Source of the DNA: Steroidobacteraceae bacterium
GTDB lineage: Bacteria > Pseudomonadota > Gammaproteobacteria > Steroidobacterales > Steroidobacteraceae
Length of the DNA stretch: 64,000 nt
Direction: 5' to 3'
Assembly (NCBI GenBank): GCA_047602045.1
Contig: JASGIC010000001.1
Coordinates: 2,456,300 to 2,520,299 of the forward strand
Shown here: positions 19,041 to 28,405 of the stretch, in pieces
Layout of the letters: every line of letters starts with the position of its first letter
Position numbering within the stretch: the stretch's first letter is position 1
The notes under the pieces: model-generated
Databases searched by the model: none
Seen by the model: only the letters and a program-made list of their open reading frames with translations
Told to the model about the DNA's origin: nothing
Program-made: the position numbers and the translations under genes

Positions 19041-20057
19041 CTACTTCAGGTGCGCGAGCACCTGATCGACTTCCTGCGCGCTGCCCAGCACCACCGGCGT
19101 GCGCTGATGGATGCCGCTCGGGTTCACGTCGAGGATGCGCTGACCCGGCGCCGCATAGGCCTTGCCGCCGGCCTGCTCGATCAGCATGGCGATGGGGTTG
19201 GCTTCATACATCAGGCGCAGCTTGCCTTCCGGAGACTTGGCGGTGGGCGGATACATGAAGACGCCGCCCTTGAGCAGGATGCGATGCACGTCGGCGACCA
19301 TGGCGCCGACGTAGCGGCTGGAGTAGCCGTTGTCCTGGGCCCAGTCCAGGTAGTTCCGATAGCCCTCCGGGAAGCTCTTGCGATTGCCTTCGTTGGTCGA
19401 GTAGCTCCTGGCCTTGTCGGGAATACGCAGCTTCTCGCCGGTGAGCACGAAGGCGCCGACGGAAGGGTCGAGCACGAACATGTCCACGCCATTGCCCAGC
19501 GTCATGACGAACACGCTCGAGGAGCCATACAGCACATAGCCAGCCGCCACCTGGCGCGCGCCCGGCTGCAGCAGCGAATCCTCGGGCTTCATGGCGCTGC
19601 CTTCGTAACGCAGGATGCTGAAGATGGTGCCGACGCCGCCGCATACGTCGAGATTCGATGAGCCATCGAGCGGATCGAACAGCACACAGTAGCGGCGCTT
19701 GCCGCTGCCGGACTTGCTGAGGATCACCGGCTCTTCATTTTCTTCCGAAGCGACGATGGCCACGCCTTCGCGGCCGGCCAGCGTGCGCAACAGCACTTCG
19801 TTGGCGATGATGTCGAGCTTCTGCTGTTGCTCGCCCTGCACGTTGTCCGTGCCCACGGCGCCGAGCACATCGTCGAGACGCGCGCGTCGCACCTTCGAGG
19901 CGATGATCTTCGCGGAGATCGACAGCGCTGACAGAATCCAGGACAGCGTGCCGGTGGCTTCGGGGAAGCGCGCCTGCTGCTGCAGGATGTGTCCTTGCAG
20001 GGTGACCAGCGATTTGATCTGCGGCGTGCCGTCAGTGGCGGGGAAGACTGCGCTCAT
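19041..20057 (-). CDS. fbp: class 1 fructose-1,6-bisphosphatase
   Basis: 338 aa after trimming to the ATG at 20057. Fbp motifs are present (DPLDGSSNLD, GGVFMYP). Confidence 0.92.
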   Translation of the reverse strand: MSAVFPATDGTPQIKSLVTLQGHILQQQARFPEATGTLSWILSALSISAKIIASKVRRARLDDVLGAVGTDNVQGEQQQKLDIIANEVLLRTLAGREGVAIVASEENEEPVILSKSGSGKRRYCVLFDPLDGSSNLDVCGGVGTIFSILRYEGSAMKPEDSLLQPGARQVAAGYVLYGSSSVFVMTLGNGVDMFVLDPSVGAFVLTGEKLRIPDKARSYSTNEGNRKSFPEGYRNYLDWAQDNGYSSRYVGAMVADVHRILLKGGVFMYPPTAKSPEGKLRLMYEANPIAMLIEQAGGKAYAAPGQRILDVNPSGIHQRTPVVLGSAQEVDQVLAHLK

Positions 20058-20240
20058 GGGGTTGCGGTTCCTGGCAGGTGGATTCGATCCCCTCCAGCGT
20101 ATAGCGCGCCGGCGGGTCCGCCAAGCGTCATAATGCGGCTTTGCAGACTTAGTGAAGTACGGCTTTGTACTCCGGTTCATCTGCTCGGTATGCTAAGGGT
20201 TCCAGCGATTGCACCGACCAAGGAGCTTCCCCTGAACGGC

Positions 20241-20813
20241 ATGCGCAGAAACCGACTCGCCCCCGCATCCGCCAGCGCTGCCCCGCGGGTACGGCGTGGC
20301 TATTTCGATTGCCGCTACGGGCAGTTGCATGTGCACTACGCCATTCCATCCGGCGGCGGCTTCGATGAGGCGACGACCCTGCTGTGCATTCCGGGCTTGC
20401 CGGGCAGTGGCCGCTTCTTCCAGCCGCTGCTGGGCCTGCTGGGTGCAGATCGCTCGGTCTACGCGCCGGACTTGCCGGGTTTTGCCGAATCCGACGCGCC
20501 GCCCGAGGGTGCAGGGCCGGCGGAACTGGCCCAGGGACTGCTCGATTTTCTCGACTCCATGCATATCCGGCGTGTCGATCTGCTGGCCCATGAGCAGGGC
20601 GTCGCCGTAGCGCTGGCGCTGGTTCAGCAGCGCGCGGCCAGCGTCGATCGCCTGGTACTGTCGCCGAGCAACGCTGCGGTGCGCGAGCAGGGACGCAAGC
20701 TGACCCGGCCGGTGCGGCTGGCCGAGCTGTGCGCCCCGGGCACGAGCGCGGTGGCGCCGGACAGCGCACTGGATCTGGCCATGGAAATCAAGGAAGGTCT
20801 GGCCTCCCCATGA
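20241..20813 (+). CDS. truncated alpha/beta-hydrolase-like protein (probably non-catalytic)
   Basis: About 190 aa (start uncertain: 20190 or 20241). It has the N-terminal half of the fold (LLCIPGLPGSGRFF...APDLPGFAESD...VDLLAHEQGVAV). Glu occupies the nucleophile-elbow position, and the cap, acid and His portion is absent. Confidence 0.55.
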   Translation: MRRNRLAPASASAAPRVRRGYFDCRYGQLHVHYAIPSGGGFDEATTLLCIPGLPGSGRFFQPLLGLLGADRSVYAPDLPGFAESDAPPEGAGPAELAQGLLDFLDSMHIRRVDLLAHEQGVAVALALVQQRAASVDRLVLSPSNAAVREQGRKLTRPVRLAELCAPGTSAVAPDSALDLAMEIKEGLASP

Positions 20814-22459
20814 CCTCCCGCCAGCCGCATCTGGCCGTTCCGGGCGCAGCAGATCTCGAAGACACCGCGGAGCTCCCGGCGCTGCAGTTGCCGGATGGCA
20901 AGAGGCCCGAAGGCCTCGACGACGAGCTGCCGGGCGCAGCGGCGCCAGCGCAGTTCACGCGGCTCGAGGGCGATCTGCGCGGTCTGACCAGCAGCCTGCG
21001 CGGCCTCGAAGCCGAGCTGGGCCACAAGAGCGAACAGATCCAGGCCTACGAGCGCGACGTGGGCGCGCGCGATGCGCAGATCGGCCGGCTGCAGAGTGAA
21101 CTGGACGCGGCCGCCGTGCGCTACCACGAGCTGGAGGCGCAGGAAGCCGCGCGCAGCGTCGCGCTGGATCAGGTGAAGGGCGAGCGCGACCAGCTGCAGG
21201 CGGACATCGCCCAATTGCGTCGCGAGATCGGTGGGCACGGCGAGCAGCGTTCGGTCATGGGGCAGGCGCAGGAGCGCCTGCAGCAGCGTCTCGATGGCCT
21301 GGAGATCGAGCTGGCCGAGACGCGTCAGCGCGCCGGGCGTTATCACGAGACGCTGCAGGATCACGAGGGCCGGCGCGGCTTCTTCGACAGCTTGCTGCGC
21401 GAGCGTGACCGTGCGGTCAGCGATCAGCAGGCGCGTACCCAGGCGCTCGAGCAGATGCACCTGGATCTCAAGCGCGCCGCCGATGTGCGTGAGCAGGAAA
21501 TCTCCGCACAACTGCATCAGCAGCGCGACATCGTTGCCAGCCTGGGGACCCAGCTGGAAAGCGCCAATTCGCAGCTCGCCGCGGTGCGCCGCGAGCTGGA
21601 CGAGACGCGTGCCAGCGTGGATCGGCACAATTCCGAACTCTCCGCCGAGCGTGCCCGCACGCACACGCTCTCGGAGCGCTGCGATGAGCTGCAACAGCGT
21701 CTCGACCAGACGCTCTGCGGCGGTCAGCAATCCGAACAGCGGGTGCGGGCGCAGGAGCGCGAGATCGCCGATCACCAGGAAGTGTTGCGTTCGCTCAATG
21801 GCCAGCTGGCGGAGCTGCGCGGCGCCGAAGAGAATGCGCGCGCCGATCTGCGCGCGGCCGAGGACGGCCTGCGCACTCTCGAATCCGATCTGCGTCATCG
21901 CGACACGCAGCTGGTGCGCGCCGAACAGAATGACCGCGACCTGCGTGCGCAGCTGGCCGCCGCGACCCAGCAACTCGAGGAGCGCAACCGGCTGATCGCG
22001 CGTCTGGAATCCGAAGCCGCGGCCAGCGCCGCGGTGCTCGGGCACATCCGCACCGATCTGGATCGCATGGGTCGGGCCGAGGCGCCGCAGGCGTTCGCGC
22101 CCGCCGGATCCGCGTCGCTGCGCAATCCGGCGCCGGGCGCTGGTGCGCAGTACGTGCACCTGCTGGTCCGTACCGAGGGCGACAGCGGTATCGTGCATGT
22201 GCTCGGCAAGCGCACCACCGTGGGTCGCAAGGAAGACAACGACCTGCGCATCGAGGCGGATTTCATCAGCCGCCACCACGCGCTGGTGGTGGTGAACGAT
22301 CACGAGGCCATCGTCGAGGATCTGCACAGCGCCAACGGCGTGTATGTCAACGGCGTGCGTATCTCGCGCAAGCCGCTGGTGGAAGGCGACCTGGTGACCA
22401 TCGGCCGGACCGAATTCCGCTACGTGCGCAAGCCGGCCAGCGAGCGCAGCCCGCAATAG
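20810..22459 (+). CDS. long coiled-coil protein with a C-terminal FHA domain
   Basis: 549 aa. The ATG at 20810 overlaps the upstream stop (ATGA). About 400 aa are heptad-like and rich in E, R, Q and L. The C-terminus VGRKEDNDLRIEADFISRHHALV...DLHSANGVYVNG...L..GD.V.IG is a canonical FHA. Confidence 0.8.
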   Translation: MTSRQPHLAVPGAADLEDTAELPALQLPDGKRPEGLDDELPGAAAPAQFTRLEGDLRGLTSSLRGLEAELGHKSEQIQAYERDVGARDAQIGRLQSELDAAAVRYHELEAQEAARSVALDQVKGERDQLQADIAQLRREIGGHGEQRSVMGQAQERLQQRLDGLEIELAETRQRAGRYHETLQDHEGRRGFFDSLLRERDRAVSDQQARTQALEQMHLDLKRAADVREQEISAQLHQQRDIVASLGTQLESANSQLAAVRRELDETRASVDRHNSELSAERARTHTLSERCDELQQRLDQTLCGGQQSEQRVRAQEREIADHQEVLRSLNGQLAELRGAEENARADLRAAEDGLRTLESDLRHRDTQLVRAEQNDRDLRAQLAAATQQLEERNRLIARLESEAAASAAVLGHIRTDLDRMGRAEAPQAFAPAGSASLRNPAPGAGAQYVHLLVRTEGDSGIVHVLGKRTTVGRKEDNDLRIEADFISRHHALVVVNDHEAIVEDLHSANGVYVNGVRISRKPLVEGDLVTIGRTEFRYVRKPASERSPQ

Positions 22460-22492
22460 CCGGGTGGGCCGCCCAGGCCCTACACTATCCGG

Positions 22493-24013
22493 ATGTCTGA
22501 TGATTATCTGCCGCGCATCCTGGCAGCGCGGGTTTATGACGTTGCCATCGAATCTCCCCTGGTCGAAGCGCCGCGCCTGTCGCGCCGCCTCGGCAATGCC
22601 GTGCTGCTCAAGCGTGAAGATCTGCAGCCGGTGTTCTCGTTCAAGCTGCGCGGCGCCTACAACAAGATTGCGCAGCTCTCCGCGCAGGCGGCCCAGCGCG
22701 GCGTGATCTGCGCCTCGGCCGGCAATCACGCGCAGGGTGTGGCGCTGGCGGCGCGCCGCCGCGGCATTCCGGCCACGATCGTGATGCCGCGCACGACGCC
22801 CAGCATCAAGGTGCAGGCCGTCATCGACTATGGCGCCGAAGCCGTGCTGTACGGAGACGTGTTCGACGTGGCCTATGAGCATGCGCGCGTGCTGGAGCAG
22901 CAGCGCAATCTCACCTTCGTGCACCCCTTCGACGATCCGGACGTGATCGCCGGCCAGGGCACCATCGGCGTGGAACTGCTGCGCCAGTGCGGCGGGAAAC
23001 TCGATGCAGTGTTCGTGCCGGTGGGCGGCGGTGGCCTGATCGCCGGCATCGCGCTGTACCTGAAGAGCCAGAACCCCGACATCCGCATCATCGGCGTGGA
23101 GCCGCGTGACGCCGCGGCCATGCACGACTCGCTGCGCGCCGGCAAGCGCGTGGTGCTGGATCGCGTCGGCATGTTCGCCGACGGCGTGGCGGTGCGTTCG
23201 GTGGGCGAGGAAACCTTCCGCATCGCGCAGCGTCTCGTCGATGAGGTGGTGCTGGTGAGCACCGATGAGATCTGCGCCGCCATCCAGGACATCTTCGAGG
23301 ACACGCGCTCCGTGCCCGAACCCTCGGGCGCGCTGGCCGTGGCCGGCATCAAGCGCTACCTGCAGGATCATGCGCTGGCAGGCCAGCGCCTGGTGGCCAT
23401 CAACAGCGGTGCGAACCTGAACTTCGACCGTCTGCGCCACATCGCCGAGCGCGCCGACATCGGCGCCGGCCGCGAGGCGCTGCTGGCCGTGGAGATTCCC
23501 GAGCGTCCGGGCAGCTTCCTGCATTTCTGCGAGCAGCTCGGGCAGCGGTCGGTCACCGAGTTCAACTACCGTTACCAGGATGGCGCGCGCGCCCACATCT
23601 TCGTCGGCGTCTCCATCCATCATCCCGACGAACTGGTGGAGCTGATCGCATCGTTGCGCTCGGCCGGTTATCCGGTCACCGACATGACGCAGAACGAGAT
23701 GGCCAAGCTGCATGTGCGCTACATGGTCGGCGGCGCGGCGCGCGGTCTGCCCGACGAACTGCTGTACCGCTTCGAATTCCCGGAGCGGCCGGGTGCGCTG
23801 CTGCGCTTCCTGCAGGCGGTGGGCGCCTCGCGCAACATCAGCCTGTTCCACTACCGCAACCACGGCTCGGACTACGGCCGCGTGCTGGCCGGCATCCAGG
23901 TGGCGCCGGCGGAGCGCACCGACTTCCTGCAGCACCTGAACGATCTGCACTATCCGTACACCGAAGAATCCGGCAATCCCGCTTACCGGCTGTTCCTCGG
24001 CGCCAATGTCTGA
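22493..24013 (+). CDS. ilvA: threonine ammonia-lyase, biosynthetic
   Basis: 506 aa. PLP motif FSFKLRGAYN and two C-terminal ACT-like regulatory repeats. Confidence 0.93.
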   Translation: MSDDYLPRILAARVYDVAIESPLVEAPRLSRRLGNAVLLKREDLQPVFSFKLRGAYNKIAQLSAQAAQRGVICASAGNHAQGVALAARRRGIPATIVMPRTTPSIKVQAVIDYGAEAVLYGDVFDVAYEHARVLEQQRNLTFVHPFDDPDVIAGQGTIGVELLRQCGGKLDAVFVPVGGGGLIAGIALYLKSQNPDIRIIGVEPRDAAAMHDSLRAGKRVVLDRVGMFADGVAVRSVGEETFRIAQRLVDEVVLVSTDEICAAIQDIFEDTRSVPEPSGALAVAGIKRYLQDHALAGQRLVAINSGANLNFDRLRHIAERADIGAGREALLAVEIPERPGSFLHFCEQLGQRSVTEFNYRYQDGARAHIFVGVSIHHPDELVELIASLRSAGYPVTDMTQNEMAKLHVRYMVGGAARGLPDELLYRFEFPERPGALLRFLQAVGASRNISLFHYRNHGSDYGRVLAGIQVAPAERTDFLQHLNDLHYPYTEESGNPAYRLFLGANV

Positions 24014-24902
24014 CGCGGCGGCCTATCAGCCGCAGCGTACGGCGCGTCACGAACACATCGAACTGCGCGGCCGGCGTTTCGGCCTGACGCGCTGGGGATC
24101 GGAGAGCGCCGATCCGGTGTTGCTGCTGCATGGCTGGCTGGATTGCGCCGATGCCTGGCAGCTGCTGGTGGATCGCATGCCCGAGGACTGGTCGTTCGTG
24201 GCACTGGACTGGGCCGGTTACGGCGCCAGTGAATGGAACGATCACGGCTATGCCGCCGCCGATTACTTTGCCGATCTGGAGGCGCTGCTCGATCGTCTCT
24301 GGCCGCAGGCCCGGCCGCGCGTGGTGGCGCACAGCCTGGGCGGCACCGTTGCTTCCATGTACGCCGGCATCCGCACCGAGCGGCTGCGCTGGCTGGTGAG
24401 CCTGGAAGGCTTCGGCCTGCCGCGTCTCACGCCGGAACAGGTGCGCGGCCGCGTCGGTGACTGGCTGGACGCCGTGCGCGCCGCCGAGCCGCAGGGCAGC
24501 TATCCCGGCCTCGGTGCGCTGGCGGCGCGCATCCGCCAGAACAATCCCTGCCTCGATGCGGCGGCGGCGGGCTTTCTCGCCGGCATCTGGTCGCGGCCGG
24601 CGCCCGCGGGCGGCTGGCAGCTCAACGCCGATCCGCAGCATCGCCATCCCGGCCCGATCCGTTACAGTCGCGAGGAGGTCGAGGCCTGCTGGGCGCATGT
24701 GACTGCGCCGGTGTTGTTGCTGGCCGGCGATCAGTCCGAATTCCTGCCGCGCCTGGGCGGTGCGCATCAGCTGTGGCGCTGGGCGACGCTGTACCCGCGC
24801 GCCAGCGCCCATCTCATCAGCCCGGCCGGTCATCTGCTGCAATATGAGCAGCCGCAGCAGGTGGCCGATCACATCGTGGCCTTTGCCGCAGGAGTGGAGT
24901 GA
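24006..24902 (+). CDS. alpha/beta hydrolase
   Basis: 298 aa. LLLHGW...VVAHSLGG nucleophile elbow. Overlaps the ilvA stop by 8 nt. Confidence 0.84.
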   Translation: MSDAAAYQPQRTARHEHIELRGRRFGLTRWGSESADPVLLLHGWLDCADAWQLLVDRMPEDWSFVALDWAGYGASEWNDHGYAAADYFADLEALLDRLWPQARPRVVAHSLGGTVASMYAGIRTERLRWLVSLEGFGLPRLTPEQVRGRVGDWLDAVRAAEPQGSYPGLGALAARIRQNNPCLDAAAAGFLAGIWSRPAPAGGWQLNADPQHRHPGPIRYSREEVEACWAHVTAPVLLLAGDQSEFLPRLGGAHQLWRWATLYPRASAHLISPAGHLLQYEQPQQVADHIVAFAAGVE

Positions 24903-25978
24903 TGAAGGACCATCCGCTGGACAGTCTGACCTCTTCGACCTGGTTGCGGCGCGCGATCATCGGCGTGCTGCTGGCCGGCCTGGTGCTGCTCGGCTTCGCG
25001 GTGCTGCAGCCCTTCCTGATCTCGTTCGTATGGGCCGGCATCCTGTGCTTCGTCACCTGGCCGCTGTACCTGAAGGTCACGCAGCTGCTGCGCGGCCGAC
25101 GCGGCTGGGCCGCCCTGCTGATGACGCTGCTGCTGACGGCCGCGGTCATCCTGCCCACGCTGCTGCTGGTGTGGGCCACGCGCTCGGAGGCCGTGGAGGC
25201 CTTCCAGACCATCAATGCCTACCTGGCCAAGGGCGTGCGGCTGCCGCCGGAACTGTTCAAGCTGCCCTTCATCGGCAGGACGCTGCAGAACTACGATGCG
25301 CAGCTGGCCGCCGATCCCAATACGCTGCGCACCACGGCGCAGGCTCTGTTCAACAGCTCGTACAGGCAGCTGGTCGATCTGCTCGGCGATGTGGGCCGCA
25401 ATCTGGTGAAGCTGCTGCTGACCGTGGTCAGCGCCTACTTCGTCTATCGCGACGGCGACGCCTTCGCGGCGCAGGTGCGCGCGGTGCTGGAGCAATTGCT
25501 GGGCAAGCGCGTGCACGGCTACCTGTTTGCGGCGGGCGCCACCGTGAAAGCGGTGCTGATCAGCCTGGTGCTGTGCGCGCTGGCGCAGGGCATCCTCGCC
25601 GGCCTCGGCTACTGGGTGGCGGGCGTGGGTGCGCCGGTGTTTGCGGCCGCGGCCACGGCCGTGGCCGCGATGATTCCGTTCGCGGTGCCGCTGGTCTGGG
25701 GCAGCATCGTGGCGTGGCTCTATGTCACGGGGCATGCTGCCGCGGCCACCGGTCTGCTGCTGTGGTGTGTGCTGGTGGTGAGCTGGGTGGACAACCTGAT
25801 CCGCCCCATCGTGATCAGCGGCGCCACGCGCATTCCCTTCCTGCTGGTGATGTTCGGTGTGCTGGGCGGTCTGGGCGCCTTCGGTCTGGTCGGCCTGTTC
25901 GTGGGGCCTGCGGTGCTGGCCGTGCTGACGGCGCTGTGGCGCGAGTGGCTGCACGGGCGCGACAAATCTGTGGAGTGA
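24902..25978 (+). CDS. AI-2E family transporter (PerM/UPF0118)
   Basis: About 358 aa multi-TM protein with the typical AI-2E profile. The ATG at 24902 shares a base with the upstream TGA; an alternative GTG lies at 24899. Confidence 0.86.
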   Translation: MKDHPLDSLTSSTWLRRAIIGVLLAGLVLLGFAVLQPFLISFVWAGILCFVTWPLYLKVTQLLRGRRGWAALLMTLLLTAAVILPTLLLVWATRSEAVEAFQTINAYLAKGVRLPPELFKLPFIGRTLQNYDAQLAADPNTLRTTAQALFNSSYRQLVDLLGDVGRNLVKLLLTVVSAYFVYRDGDAFAAQVRAVLEQLLGKRVHGYLFAAGATVKAVLISLVLCALAQGILAGLGYWVAGVGAPVFAAAATAVAAMIPFAVPLVWGSIVAWLYVTGHAAAATGLLLWCVLVVSWVDNLIRPIVISGATRIPFLLVMFGVLGGLGAFGLVGLFVGPAVLAVLTALWREWLHGRDKSVE

Positions 25979-25982
25979 TGCC

Positions 25983-27215
25983 TTGAGCTGGAGTTTCGGG
26001 AACAGCGCGCTGTCCGTGTGGAAGCACGGCGAGTTTGCGCGCTTCACCATCGGTCGTTTCTTCGCGACGATCGGCTGGCAGATGATGGGTGTGGCAGTGG
26101 GTTGGCGTGTATACGAGCTCACCCATGACGCGCTGGCGCTGGGGCTGGTGGGCCTGTCGCAGTTCCTGCCCTTCGTGAGTCTGGTGATGGTGGGTGGCTA
26201 CGTGGCCGATCACGCCGAGCGCCGCTCGGTGCTGATCTGCGCCTATCTGGTGGAAGCCGTCTTCATCGGCGTGCTGGTGTGGCTGACGGCCATCGGCAAC
26301 CGCGCCACCTGGCCCATCTACATGACGGTGGCCGCGCTGGGCGCCACGCGCGCCTTCTGGGCACCGGCCAGCCAGGCCATCCTGCCGCGCCTGGTGCCGC
26401 TGGAGCAGGTGCCGCAGGCCATCGCGGCCAATTCCATCATGTTCCAGGTGGCCGTGATCAGCGGTCCCGCGCTCGGCGGTCTGCTGTTCCTGCTCGGCGC
26501 ACAGCTGGTGTTCGGCCTGTGCGCCGTGTTGTTCCTGGTCACGGCCTTGCTGCTGCTGGGTGTGCGGCGCATTCCGGTCACCACCGTGACCGACGCCAGC
26601 CAGCCCGGTGTGCGGCGTCGATTCCTGGAAGGGCTGCGCTTCGTGTTCTCCAACAGGATCCTGCTGGGCTGTACCTCGCTGGATCTGTTCGCCGTGCTGT
26701 TTGGTGGCGCCACGGCATTGCTGCCCATCTTCGCCGACCAGCTGTTGCAGGTGGGGCCGGCCGGCCTGGGTCTGCTGCGCACCGCGCCCGGCGTGGGCGC
26801 CACGCTGATGGCGGCGGTGCTGGCGTTCCGCCCGGTGCAGCGCCATGCCGGTCTGTGGCTGCTGGGCGGCGTGGGCGTGTTCGGCTGCGCCACGGTGGTG
26901 TTCGGCCTGTCGCGCAGCCTGCCGCTGTCGCTGGCGGTACTGACGGTGCTGGGAGCGGGCGACATGCTCAGCGTCTACGTGCGCAACATCGTCGTGCAGA
27001 TGCAGACCCCGGATGCCATCCGCGGCCGCGTCAGCGCGGTCAGCGCCATGTTCATCGGCGCCTCCAACGAACTGGGCGAGTTCGAATCCGGCTTCACCGC
27101 GCGGCTGCTGGGTGTGGTGCCGGCGGTGGTGTTCGGCGGCTGCGCCACCGTGGCGGTGGTGCTGGCCTGGTCGCGGCTGTTCCCGGGTCTGCGGCGGCTG
27201 GATCAGCTGCGCTAG
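25983..27215 (+). CDS. MFS transporter
   Basis: 410 aa, about 12 predicted TM segments, EntS/MFS_3-like N-terminus. TTG start as in the track. Confidence 0.83.
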   Translation: MSWSFGNSALSVWKHGEFARFTIGRFFATIGWQMMGVAVGWRVYELTHDALALGLVGLSQFLPFVSLVMVGGYVADHAERRSVLICAYLVEAVFIGVLVWLTAIGNRATWPIYMTVAALGATRAFWAPASQAILPRLVPLEQVPQAIAANSIMFQVAVISGPALGGLLFLLGAQLVFGLCAVLFLVTALLLLGVRRIPVTTVTDASQPGVRRRFLEGLRFVFSNRILLGCTSLDLFAVLFGGATALLPIFADQLLQVGPAGLGLLRTAPGVGATLMAAVLAFRPVQRHAGLWLLGGVGVFGCATVVFGLSRSLPLSLAVLTVLGAGDMLSVYVRNIVVQMQTPDAIRGRVSAVSAMFIGASNELGEFESGFTARLLGVVPAVVFGGCATVAVVLAWSRLFPGLRRLDQLR

Positions 27216-27264
27216 GAGCGTCGCCGCGCCCGGCGAGGCGCCCAAACCGGCATTGCGCGGGAGG

Positions 27265-27280
27265 CTGTACGGATATACAG
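27265..27280. promoter_or_regulatory. putative LexA (SOS) box CTGTACGGATATACAG
   Basis: Exact match to the gammaproteobacterial CTGT-N8-ACAG pattern. It is embedded in a 10-bp imperfect inverted repeat (GGAGGCTGTA / TACAGTCTCC, 27261-27286), 8 nt before the radical SAM start codon. Confidence 0.55.
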
Positions 27281-27287
27281 TCTCCCC

Positions 27288-28358
27288 ATGGAGCAGGTTT
27301 TCAAAGGGCGGGGAGCGGGCTCCAACCCGGCCGGCCGCTTCGCCAGAAGCGATGCCGCCGCGATGGATGACGGCTGGTACCAGGATGCCACGCCCGCTTC
27401 GGTTGCCACCGAAGTGCGGCCCGAGGCGGCGCGCAGCATCATTACGCACAACAAATCGCCGGACCTGCGTTTCAGCCAGTCCATCAATCCGTATCGCGGC
27501 TGCGAGCATGGTTGCATCTACTGCTACGCGCGTCCCTCGCATGCCTATATGGATCTCTCCCCGGGCATCGATTTCGAAACCCGGCTGTTCTACAAGGAAG
27601 GCGCCGCGCGGCTGCTGCGCGCGGAACTGGCGCGGCCTGGGTATCGTTGCGAAGAGATCACGCTGGGCGCCAACACCGATCCTTATCAGCCCATCGAGCG
27701 CGAGCATCGCATCACGCGCGCGCTGCTGGAGGTCATGCTCGAGACCCGTCATCCGGTCAGCATCGTCACCAAGGGCGCGCTGGTGCTGCGCGATCTGGAT
27801 CTGCTGGCCAGGCTGGCCGAGCTGCGTCTGGTGCAGGTGTTCGTCAGTCTCACCACGCTGGATCCGGAATTGAAGCGCACGCTGGAGCCGCGCGCGGCTT
27901 CGGGTCAGGCGCGATTGCGCGTCATGCGCGAGCTGTCGGCAGCCGGCGTGCGGGTGGGCGTGTTCACGGCGCCGCTGATTCCGGCCGTGAACGACGGCGA
28001 GATGGAAACGCTGCTGGCCGCGGCGGCAGAAGCGGGCGCCAGTCGCGCCAGCTATGCGCTGCTGCGTCTGCCCCATGAAGTGGCGCCGCTGTTTCGCGAG
28101 TGGCTCGACAACCATCTGCCGCAGCGCGCCGCGCATGTGATGTCGCTGGTCAATCAGGCACGCGGCGGACGCGACAACGATCCGCGCTTTCATGCGCGCA
28201 TGCGCGGCGAGGGGCCGTACGCGCAGCTGCTGCAGGACCGCTTCCGTCTCGCCTGCCGCAAGCTGGGGCTGAATAAGGACCGGCGTCTCGAACCGGAAAC
28301 ACGGCTGTTCCAGGCACCCGCCGCACCGGGCCGGCAGCTGTCGCTGGGCTTCGAATAG
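27288..28358 (+). CDS. PA0069-family radical SAM protein (SplB/DNA-repair-photolyase-like)
   Basis: 356 aa. N-terminus KGRGAGSNPAGRF and CEHGCIYC (CxxxCxxC) cluster motif. Confidence 0.85.
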   Translation: MEQVFKGRGAGSNPAGRFARSDAAAMDDGWYQDATPASVATEVRPEAARSIITHNKSPDLRFSQSINPYRGCEHGCIYCYARPSHAYMDLSPGIDFETRLFYKEGAARLLRAELARPGYRCEEITLGANTDPYQPIEREHRITRALLEVMLETRHPVSIVTKGALVLRDLDLLARLAELRLVQVFVSLTTLDPELKRTLEPRAASGQARLRVMRELSAAGVRVGVFTAPLIPAVNDGEMETLLAAAAEAGASRASYALLRLPHEVAPLFREWLDNHLPQRAAHVMSLVNQARGGRDNDPRFHARMRGEGPYAQLLQDRFRLACRKLGLNKDRRLEPETRLFQAPAAPGRQLSLGFE

Positions 28359-28405
28359 AGACGCAAGTCCTGGGGGCGCAGGCAGCCGGCGACTAGGATC
28401 CATGC

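Noticed and set aside
20624-23950. 1108-aa ORF on the minus strand, the longest uninterrupted ORF after the uvrA-like gene.
   Set aside because: It is antisense to the well-supported FHA and ilvA genes. Its composition is dominated by Arg, Ala, Gly, His and Gln, and it has no motifs. This is a typical stop-codon-poor shadow ORF of high-GC DNA.
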